DNA of 64,000 nucleotides from Haplodiscus bocki (Eukaryota), in the NCBI GenBank assembly GCA_965655095.1, contig OZ296658.1:88660001-88724000 (forward strand), read 5' to 3'. The notes beneath the pieces were generated by a model. That model ran no database searches. It was not told the origin of the DNA and saw nothing but the letters and a program-made list of their open reading frames with translations. Positions 27,607-39,000 of this stretch are shown here, in pieces; position 1 is the stretch's first letter, and every line of letters starts with the position of its first letter. A program made the position numbers and the translations under genes.

Positions 27607-28280
27607 TTAGAAATTAGGAAATAATGGAGAAGTCCTTCTGAAAGCTGTAAAGTCGCCCATGTGTTTTATCTTTTTTGTCCAAAAAATGCTAAAAACTGTT
27701 GAATAACCTGCAAAAAAAGTCGATGTTGGCACAAGCGACAATATTTTCGAAATCGAAAATAAAGTTGGTATGGAGGCTGTTAAACAACAAAGATGCTTTT
27801 TCTTTGAATCCGAAGAAATAAGTAATTGGTATAAAAGCTGCTGAATGTAGTCTTCTAGTTGACTGTTTGCTAATATAAGCAGTAGCATAAAATGATTTCT
27901 ATTGCTGAAACCAAAGAATTTAGTCAACGCGAATTCCTTAATCGTAATACATTTGTTAAATCACAGTGTTTAAATTCAATAGTTACTATCCAGGATACCA
28001 AGTTACAGAACGGTTATTTTTTGCGTAAGCAGTTGGATACCCCAAACAACATAATATATATTTCAAAATTGAACTGGCTGAAAAATATGGGAATGATAGA
28101 AATGTAGGTGATGTTTTCTGTTTTTTTTACGAGACCTGAATTATTGAACATGGAAAAAGGTATAAAGGAGTGTTTAAAAATGATAAGCGCTGACGTTTTT
28201 TGAAGACGGCATAGATATGTAGTTCAATATTAATTGACAATATGGGTAAAAAGTTTATGGGGCCATTTGGTTTGATCCAA
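27607..28280 (+). repeat. Isolated family-B segment embedded in the A array
   Basis: Switches from A to B type at TGCTTCT|TAGAAATTAGG (27607), carries the B-only 71-aa ORF (27892-28107) and the B-specific junction GTTGGATA|CCCCAAAC (28040), and returns to A module 1 after GGTTTGATCCAA (~28280). Confidence 0.93.
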
Positions 28281-31200
28281 GTGAAATTAATATCATCATT
28301 CCACCGGGTTAATGTAAAGTAACTGACATCGATAAAGCAATGTAAATGGAAGTTTAAACACATGACTTCTATTCGATCAACACATCATGGTTTAGTGTAC
28401 ACTTAATAAAAGAATGAAGTGTTACGTTTTAATATTCATTTTGGGAGCTGTACAACAGTTTGCTTGGGTTTTAGAGTATATCTTTGACTACTCAAATATT
28501 GATGAGGAAGTTTTTATGAAAACTATAAAAGAGAATATGCATGCCTAAAAATTGTATTCCTATTCTTTTGAAAATAAAGGGTTTTGTAAAAAGGCTTCAA
28601 AAAGTGGTTTTCTTCCAAATTAAGATTCTGAACTGGTTAAAAATGGATTCTTGTTGCTACTTAAGCTTTGAGACATAATGGTTTTCCTAGATCAAGCTTC
28701 ATTTCTGAATTACTGCAAAGTCCTTAGCTGTTAATTAAAGTTGTTAGTTAAAACAACATTATTTACAATTCAAAATAGAACTGGCCGATTCATTTGGAAA
28801 ATTTGGAACTAGTGGCGACAATTTTGAATATTTGTGAGATGTTAATTAATAAAAACTTAGAAAAGGCTACACTTAAGGGTTTAAAAGATGACATCTGCTT
28901 TCATTTTTTGAAAGCGGCATAGTTGTGTTGATCAGTATGCAATCAACAATATGGGTAGAAAGTTTATGGGCTCCGTTTGGTTTGATCCAATTGAAATCAT
29001 TATCATGGTTCCACCTGGAATTTTTAAAATAACTGATCAATAACTGAAGCATTGAGAATAGAAGTTTAATCAGATGATTTATCAAGGGAATCAATTCTAA
29101 CAACACATCTTGTTTTAGTGTACACTTAATAAAGGAATGAAGTGTTAGGTTTTAACTATTCTTTTTGTTAGCTGTAGAACACTTTGTTTGTTTTTTGGAG
29201 TTTTTTTGACTACTTAAAGAATGATGAGAGGGTTGTTACTATAATAGAGAATATGCATGCTTAAAATTTAGCTTTCGATTCGTTTTGAAAAAAGGATTTT
29301 GTTAGAAAAAGCTTCAAGAAAGCGATTTCCAAAGTGAGCTGCGAAACTGATTAAATGTGGAGTCTTGTTCATCTTTGTGCTTCAAGACTCAATGGTTTTT
29401 TTTATAATGCTTAGCTTCTGAAATACTGGAAAATGATAAGCTGTAACCTAAAGTTGTCATACCCTAGAATTTGTTTTTATGTTTCCAAGGACAATTAGAA
29501 TGTTTTGTGAACCAATCTTTTTTTCGTTGTTAGGTGTGCGCTTCTGGGAAATTGAGAAATAATGAAGAAGTCCATCTGAAAACTTTAAAGTCACCCATGT
29601 CCTCTATCTTTGGCGTCAGAAAACTGCAAAAATTGTTGAATAATCTGCCAAAGAAAGTTTGGGTCGATGTTGGCACAAGCATTAATATTTTCAAAATCGA
29701 AAATGAAGTTGGTATGGAGGCAGTTAAACAATATAAAGATGCCTTTTCTTTGCATGTGAAGACCCGAGCAATTGGTACAGAAGCTGTTGGATATAGCCTT
29801 CAAGTTGGCTGTTTGCTAAAAAGACCGCATAAGTTGCGATCTTTTGCTGAAATTGCAAAAAAAATAGTCAACGCGAGTTCCCTAATTGTATTACGTTTGT
29901 TCAATCACAAGCATTAAACTTGATTCTCTTTTTCTTGGATACGAATTTCGAGAACAGTTTTTTCACGCAAACGGTTCGATAGTAAAATAGCTACAAGTTT
30001 TTTTAATATATGGAACAATCACTGGTTTCGATACGAACAGTTTTTATCGATTTGATAGAAACCTAGCTAACAAAAAGAAACCAACAACTCAAAAAGTTGA
30101 AATTCCCGAAAAGAATTGAAATCAAGGTTTCGAGATTGCTGAGATTTGTGAAGTTACTGCTGATGACAAAAGGAAGTGTGGCTCGAAAAAAAAGATTTGA
30201 GAAGTTAATTCAAGTCAAAAAAGTTGATGTTTAAAGTTGATGCTCTGTAAATACAACTTCCGTGGTGGTTTTTTTGAAAGAAACTCAATTTAGAAGGTTT
30301 GATTTACAATAGAAAAAAATGCGGAACAGCGTATTTGTGGAGAGAAGTCGTTTCATAAATGTTGTTCAAATGCTGTAAATGACGTGTTTTTCAAAATGGG
30401 TTTGCTTGGAAATTGTTTGCATTGAAAGATTTTTTTAGCAAACTATGACTCAAAAAGTAGCGCAACAAGCAATGTGAGTTACAGGAGGTGCTTATTGAAT
30501 TAGAATTGGTTAGTGTGGATACTAACATGAAAGTTGGTCTTGTATTAGCAACATCTGCTTCCATCCAACTTCTGGACTCATTGGATTTTGTTCTATGGAT
30601 ATTACAATTTCTTTTCGTATGCTTGTGCGCATCCAAAGGTTTTACTAAACTAACTGCCAAAAGAGCTATAAGAATGTATTTACTTATAATACCCAACCAA
30701 ACAACGATAGATTACTTGCAAGTTAGTGTTCGTGTATTCTGTATCGTTTTGAACTTTTGAGTTTCAAATATCAAAACAATTGAGAAATATTCGAAAACTG
30801 TGGAGCTAGGTTCCTCAGCGAAGCGTTTTTAAATCTTCGATTGGACATCTCAAAGGATAACAACCTCTTTCATGGACCTAAACAGAAATCGATTGAACGA
30901 AGCAATACAGAAGATACTCAAAATTTTTCGAAGTTGGATTATCATGTCTTCGAGATGTGTTGACTGCTTCAATAACTGCTAGTTGACTTTCATGTTTGTC
31001 GGAAAAATCAAATAGACCTATCTCAATCTACTTCCACTATTGAAAGGGAGTCTTGTCCTAGAGTAAGGAACATCACTTCAGCTGGTAGTAGAAATTCCAC
31101 TTAAAAAACCGACGAGAGACTGTGGATTTTTGGATGAATGATTCCAAAAAATGACCGCTTTCAGAAACATGGATCATGGGATTAATGAGTTCTTTAGTTT

Positions 31201-33063
31201 ACAGACTGGTTTTTATGATATAACTGATCGAAACATTATATGAAATTTTTTAATCCCTTTTTCATATGAACGAAAACTGTTGATAATGGTAGTTTAGAAT
31301 GCCCCAAACAACATCATTTTCAATTCAACTCGGAATTGGCTGAAAAATATGGGAATGATAGAAATGTAGTTGAGGTTTTTCATAGTTTGTGAGACCTTTT
31401 TTTACTGAACATAGAAAAAAGGACATCCGATGACATTTTTGAAGGCGGCATAGTTATGTGGTTCAGTATGCAGTGAGCAATGTGGGTTAAAAAAAATTAT
31501 GGGGCCATTTATTTGATCCAAGTGAAATTAATATCATCATTGCACCGGGTTAATGTAAAGTAGCTGACATCGATAAAGCAATGTAAACAGAAGTCTAAAC
31601 ATATGACTTCTCTTCGAACAACACATCATGGTTTAGTGTACACTTAGTAAAAGAATGAACTATTACGTTTTAATATTCATTTTGGGAGCTGTACAACAGG
31701 TTGCTTGGGTTTTAGAGTATATCTTTGACTACTCAAATATTGATGAGGAAGTTTTTATGAAAACTATAAAAGAGAATATGCATGCCTAAAAATTGTATTC
31801 CTATTCTTTTGAAAATAAAGGGTTTTGTAAAAAGGCTTCAAAAAGTGGTTTTCTTCCAAATTAAGATTCTGAACTGGTTAAAAATGGATTCTTGTTGCTA
31901 CTTAAGCTTTGAGACATAATGGTTTTCCTAGATCAAGCTTCATTTCTGAATTACTGCAAAATCTTTAGCTGTTAGTTAAAGATGTTAGTTAAAAGAACAT
32001 TATTTACATTTCAAAATAGAACTGGCTGATTCATTTGGAAAATTTGGAACTAGTGGCGACAATTTTGTTTTTTTTTTGTGAGATGTTAATTAATAAAAAC
32101 ATAGAAAAGGCTACACTTAAGGGTTTAAAAGATGACATCTGCTTTCATTTTTTGAAAACGGCATAGATGTGTTGATCAGTATGCAATCAACAATATGGGT
32201 AGAAAGTTTATGGGATCCGTTTGGTTTGATCCAATTGAAATCATTATCATGGTTCCAACTGGAATTTTTAAAATAACTGATCAATAACTGAAGCAATGGG
32301 AATAGAAGTTTAATCAGATGATTTATCAAGGGAATCAATTCTAACAACACATCTTGTTTTAGTGTACACTTAATAAAGGAATGAAGTGTTAGGTTTTAAC
32401 TATTCTTTTTGGAAGCTGTAGAACACTTTGTTTGTTTTTTGGAGTTTTTCTTTGACTACTTAAAGAATGATGAGAGGGTTGTTACTATAAAAGAGAATAT
32501 GCATGCTTAAAATTTAGCTTTCGATTCGTTTTGAAAAAAGGATTTTGTTGAAAAACGCTTCAAGAAAGCGACTTCCAAAGTGAGCTGCGAAACTGATTAA
32601 ATATGGAGTCTTGTACATCTTTCTGCTTCAAGACTCAATGGTTTTTTTAATGCTTAGCTTCTGAAGTACTGGAAGATGATAAGCTGTAACCTAAAGTTGT
32701 CATACCCTAGAATTTGTTTTCAAGTTTCCAAGGACAATTAGGATGTTTTGTGAACCAAGATTTTTTTTCGTGGTTAGGTGTGTGCTTCTGGGAAATCGGG
32801 AAATAATGAAGAATTCCATCTGAAAACTTTGAAGTCACCCATGTCCTCTATCTTTGGCGTCAGAAAACTGCAAAAGTTGTTGAATAATCTGCAAAAGAAA
32901 GTTTGGGTCGATGTTGGCACGCATCAATATTTTCAAAATCGAAAATGAAGTTGGTATGGAGGCAGTTAAACAATATAAAGATGCCTTTTCTTTGTATGTG
33001 AAGAATCGAGTAATTGGTACAGAGGCTGTTGGATATAGCCTTCATGTTGGCTGTTTGCTAAAA

Positions 33064-36000
33064 TAATTCTTAGAAATTAGGAAATAATGGAGAAGTCCTT
33101 CTGAAAGCTGTAAAGTCGCCCATGTGTTTTATCTTTCTTGTCAGAAAAATGCTAAAAACTGTTGAATAACCTGCAAAAAAAGTCGATGTTGGCACAAGCG
33201 ACAATATTTTCAAAATCTAAAATAAAGTTGGTATGGAGGCTGTTAAACAACAAAGATGCTTTTTCTTTGAATCCGAAGAAATAAATAAATGGTATAAAAG
33301 CTGTAGAATATAGTCTTCAAGTTGACTGTTTGCTAATATAAGCAGCAGCATGATTTCTATTGCTGAAACCAAAGAATTTAGTCAACGCGAATTCCTTAAT
33401 CGTAATACATTTGTTAAATCACAGTGTTTAAATTCAATAGTTACTATCCAGGTTACCAAGTTACAGAACGGTTATTTTTTGCGTAAGCAGTTGGATACAC
33501 CAAACAACATAATATATAATTCAAAATTGAACTGGCTGAAAAATATGGGAATGATGGAAATGTAGGTGATGTTTTTTATTTTTTTTACGAGACCGGAATT
33601 ATTGAACATGGAAAAAGGTATAAAGGAGTGTTTAAAAAATGATATGCGCTGACGTTTTTTGAAAACGGCCTAGATATGTAGTTGAATATTAATTGACAAT
33701 ATGGGTAAAAAGTTTATGGGGCCATTTGGTTTGATCCAAAGGAGATTGATATCATCATTCCACCTGGTTTATGTGAAGTAACTGACATCGTTAAAACAAT
33801 GGGAATAGAATCTTAAGCACATGGTGTCTCAAACATATCTGTTCGAACAACACATGAGGATTTAGTGTACAATTAATAAGAATGAAATTTGAGGTTTTAC
33901 TATTCATTTTGGTGGAAGCTGTAGAGCAATTTGTTTGTTTTGGACTTTGACTTTGACTACTCCAACAATGATGAGGAATTTTTTATGGAAGCTATAACAG
34001 AGATTATGTATGCTTGAAATTGAGCTTTCGATTCATTTAAAAGGGAAAAATAGTTTGTTGATTCAGCTTTAAAAAAGTGGTTTTCTTCCAAGGTAAACTG
34101 CTGAACTGGTTAAATATGGAATCTTTTTGGTATTTGCGCTTTAGGACATATTGTTTTTTTTAGATCTTGCTTCGCTTCTGAATTACTGGAAAATGATCAG
34201 TTGTAAATTGAAATTGTCTTGCTCTAGACTTCGTTTTTAAATGTCCAGTGATAGTTAGGATGTTGTTTCATAGACCATAAGTTTTTTTCGTGGTCAAGTG
34301 TATGCTTCTTAGAAATTAGGAAATAATGGAGAAGTTCTTCCGAACGCTGTAAAGTCGCCCATGTGTTTTATCTTTCTTGTCAGAAAAATGCTAAAAACTG
34401 TTGAATAACCTGCAAAAAAAGTCGATGTTGGCACAAGCGACAATATTTTCAAAATCTAAAATAAAGTTGGTATGGAGGCTGTTAAACAACAAAGATGCTT
34501 TTTCTTTGAATCCGAAGAAATAAATAAATGGTATAAAAGCTGCTGAATGTAGTCTTCTAGTTGACTGCTAATATAAGCAGTAGCATAAAATGATTTCTAT
34601 TGCTGAAACCAAAGAATTTAGTCAACGCGAATTCCTTAATCGTAATACATTTGTTAAATCACAGTGTTTAAATTCAATAGTTACTATCCAGGTTACCAAG
34701 TTACAGAACGGTTATTTTTTGCGTAAGCAGTTGGATACCCCAAACAACATAGATTATAATTCAAAATTGAACTGGCTGAAAAATATGGGAATGATGGAAA
34801 TGTAGGTGATGTTTTTTATTTTTTTTACGAGACCTGAATTATTGAACATGGAAAAAGGTATAAAGGAGTGTTTAAAAAATGATATGCGCTGACGTTTTTT
34901 GAAGACGGCCTAGATATGTAGTTGAATATTAATTGACAATATGGGTAAAAAGCTTATGGGGCCATTTGGTTTGATCCAAAGGAGATTGATATCATCATTC
35001 CGCCTGGTTTATGTGAAGTAACTGACATCGTTAAAACAATGGGAATAGAATCTTAAGCACATGGTTTCTCAAACATATCTGTTCGAACAACACATGAGGA
35101 TTTAGTGTACAATTAATAGGAATGAAATTTGAGGTTTTACTATTCATTTTGGTGGAAGCTGTAGAGCAATTTGTTTGTTTTGGACTTTGACTTTGACTAC
35201 TCCAACAATGATGAGGAATTTTTTATGGAAGCTATAACAGAGAATATGTATGCTTGAAATTGAGCTTTCGATTCATTTAAAAGGGAAAAATAGTTTGTTG
35301 ATTCAGCTTTAAGAAAGTGGTTTTCTTCCAAGGTAAACTGCTGAACTGGTTAAATATGGAATCTTTTTGGTATTTGCGCTTTAGGACATATTGTTTTTTT
35401 AGATCTTGCTTCGCTTCTGAATTACTGGAAAATGATCAGTTGTAAATTGAAATTGTCTTGCTCTAGACTTCGTTTTTAAATGTCCAGTGACAGTTAGGAT
35501 GTTGTTTCATAGACCATAAATTTTTTTCGTGGTCAAGTGTATGCTTCTTAGAAATTAGGAAATAATGGAGAAGTTCTTCTGAACGCTGTAAAGCCGCCCA
35601 TGTGTTTTATCTTACTTGTCAGAAAAATGCTAAAAACTGTTGAATAACCTGCAACAAAAGTCGATGTTGGCACAAGCGACAATATTTTCAAAATCTAAAA
35701 TAAAGTTGGTATGGAGGCTGTTAAACAACAAAGATGCTTTTTCTTTGAATCCGAAGAAATAAATAAATGGTATAAAAGCTGCTGAATGTAGTCTTCTAGT
35801 TGACTGCTAATATAAGCAGTAGCATAAAATGATTTCTATTGCTGAAACCAAAGAATTTAGTCAACGCGAATTCCTTAATCGTAATACATTTGTTAAATCA
35901 CAGTGTTTAAATTCAATAGTTACTATCCAGGTTACCAAGTTACAGAACGGTTATTTTTTGCGTAAGCAGTTGGATACCCCAAACAACATAGATTATAATT

Positions 36001-39000
36001 CAAAATTGAACTGGCTGAAAAATATGGGAATGATGGAAATGTAGGTGATGTTTTTTATTTTTTTTACGAGACCTGAATTATTGAACATGGAAAAAGGTAT
36101 AAAGGAGTGTTTAAAAAATGATATGCGCTGACGTTTTTTGAAGACGGCCTAGATATGTAGTTGAATATTAATTGACAATATGGGTAAAAAGCTTATGGGG
36201 CCATTTGGTTTGATCCAAAGGAGATTGATATCATCATTCCGCCTGGTTTATGTGAAGTAACTGACATCGTTAAAACAATGGGAATAGAATCTTAAGCACA
36301 TGGTTTCTCAAACATATCTGTTCGAACAACACATGAGGATTTAGTGTACAATTAATAGGAATGAAATTTGAGGTTTTACTATTCATTTTGGTGGAAGCTG
36401 TAGAGCAATTTGTTTGTTTTGGACTTTGACTTTGACTACTCCAACAATGATGAGGAATTTTTTATGGAAGCTATAACAGAGAATATGTATGCTTGAAATT
36501 GAGCTTTCGATTCATTTAAAAGGGAAAAATAGTTTGTTGATTCAGCTTTAAGAAAGTGGTTTTCTTCCAAGGTAAACTGCTGAACTGGTTAAATATGGAA
36601 TCTTTTTGGTATTTGCGCTTTAGGACATATTGTTTTTTTTAGATCTTGCTTCGCTTCTGAATTACTGGAAAATGATCAGTTGTAAATTGAAATTGTCTTG
36701 CTCTAGACTTCGTTTTTAAATGTCCAGTGATAGTTAGGATGTTGTTGCATAGACCATAAATTTTTTTCGTGGTCAAGTGTATGCTTCTTAGAAATTAGGA
36801 AATAATGGAGAAGTTCTTCTGAACGCTGTAAAGCCGCCCATGTGTTTTATCTTACTTGTCAGAAAAATGCTAATAACTGTTGAAAAACCTGCAAAAAAGT
36901 CGATGTTGGCACAAGCGACAATATTTTCAAAATCTAAAATAAAGTTGGTATGGAGGCTGTTAAACAACAAAGATGCTTTTTCTTTGAATCCGAAGAAATA
37001 AATAAATGGTATAAAAGCTGCTGAATGTAGTCTTCTAGTTGACTGCTAATATAAGCAGTAGCATAAAATGATTTCTATTGCTGAAACCAAAGAATTTAGT
37101 CAACGCGAATTCCTTAATCGTAATACATTTGTTAAATCACAGTGTTTAAATTCAATAGTTACTATCCAGGTTACCAAGTTACAGAACGGTTATTTTTTGC
37201 GTAAGCAGTTGGATACACCAAACAACATAATATATAATTCAAAATTGAACTGGCTGAAAAATATGGGAATGATGGAAATGTAGGTGATGTTTTTTATTTT
37301 TTTTACGAGACCGGAATTATTGAACATGGAAAAAGGTATAAAGGAGTGTTTAAAAAATGATATGCGCTGACGTTTTTTGAAAACGGCCTAGATATGTAGT
37401 TGAATATTAATTGACAATATGGGTAAAAAGTTTATGGGGCCATTTGGTTTGATCCAAAGGAGATTGATATCATCATTCCACCTGGTTTATGTGAAGTAAC
37501 TGACATCGTTAAAACAATGGGAATAGAATCTTAAGCACATGGTGTCTCAAACATATCTGTTCGAACAACACATGAGGATTTAGTGTACAATTAATAAGAA
37601 TGAAATTTGAGGTTTTACTATTCATTTTGGTGGAAGCTGTAGAGCAATTTGTTTGTTTTGGACTTTGACTTTGACTACTCCAACAATGATGAGGAATTTT
37701 TTATGGAAGCTATAACAGAGATTATGTATGCTTGAAATTGAGCTTTCGATTCATTTAAAAGGGAAAAATAGTTTGTTGATTCAGCTTTAAGAAAGTGGTT
37801 TTCTTCCAAGGTAAACTGCTGAACTGGTTAAATATGGAATCTTTTTGGTATTTGCGCTTTAGGACATATTGTTTTTTTAGATCTTGCTTCGCTTCTGAAT
37901 TACTGGAAAATGATCAGTTGTAAATTGAAATTGTCTTGCTCTAGACTTCGTTTTTAAATGTCCAGTGATAGTTAGGATGTTGTTGCATAGACCATAAATT
38001 TTTTTCGTGGTCAAGTGTATGCTTCTTAGAAATTAGGAAATAATGGAGAAGTTCTTCTGAACGCTGTAAAGCCGCCCATATGTTTTATCTTACTTGTCAG
38101 AAAAATGCTAATAACTGTTGAAAAACCTGCAAAAAAGTCGATATTGGCACAAGCGACAATATTTTCAAAATCTAAAATAAAGTTGGTATGGAGGCTGTTA
38201 AACAACAAAGATGCTTTTTCTTTGAATCCGAAGAAATAAATAAATGGTATAAAAGCTGCTGAATGTAGTCTTCTAGTTGACTGCTAATATAAGCAGTAGC
38301 ATAAAATGATTTCTATTGCTGAAACCAAAGAATTTAGTCAACGCGAATTCCTTAATCGTAATACATTTGTTAAATCACAGTGTTTAAATTCAATAGTTAC
38401 TATCCAGGTTACCAAGTTAAAGAACGGTTATTTTTTGCGTAAGCAGTTGGATACCCCAAACAACATAGAATATAATTCAAAATTGAACTGGCTGAAAAAT
38501 ATGGGAATGATCGAAATGTAGGTGATGTTTTTTATTTTTTTTTACGAGACCTGAATTATTGAACATGGAAAAAGGTATAAAGGAGTGTTTAAAAAATGAT
38601 ATGCGCTGACGTTTTTTGAAGACGGCCTAGATATGTAGTTGAATATTAATTGACAATATGGGTAAAAAGTTTATGGGGCCATTTGGTTTGATCCAAAGGG
38701 AGATTGATATCATCATTCCACCTGGTTTATGTGAAGTAACTGACATCGTTAAAACAATGGGAATAGAATCTTAAGCACATGGTTTCTCCAACATATCTGT
38801 TCGAACAACACATGAGGATTTAGTGTACAATTAATGAAAGAATGAAATTTGAGGTTTTACTATTCATTTTGGTGGAAGCTGTAGAACAATTTGTTTGTTT
38901 TGGAGTTTGACTTTGACTACTCCAACAATGATGAGGAATTTTTTATGGAAGCTATAACAGAGATTATGTATGCTTGAAATTGAGCTTTCGATTCATTTAA

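Larger units (their letters stand above)
1..33063 (+). repeat. Macrosatellite family A: tandem array of ~3.25 kb monomers (extends beyond the window on the left)
   Basis: Marker GATTAATGAGTTCTTTAGTTTACAGACTGG recurs at 1, 3260, 6517, 9771, 13010, 16257, 19497, 22751, 25997 and 31180 (periods 3239-3259 bp for the first eight units). The ORF track repeats with the same offsets. Unit 9 stops at ~27606, unit 10 (~28280-31179) lacks its first ~0.35 kb, and unit 11 stops at ~33063. Confidence 0.98.
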
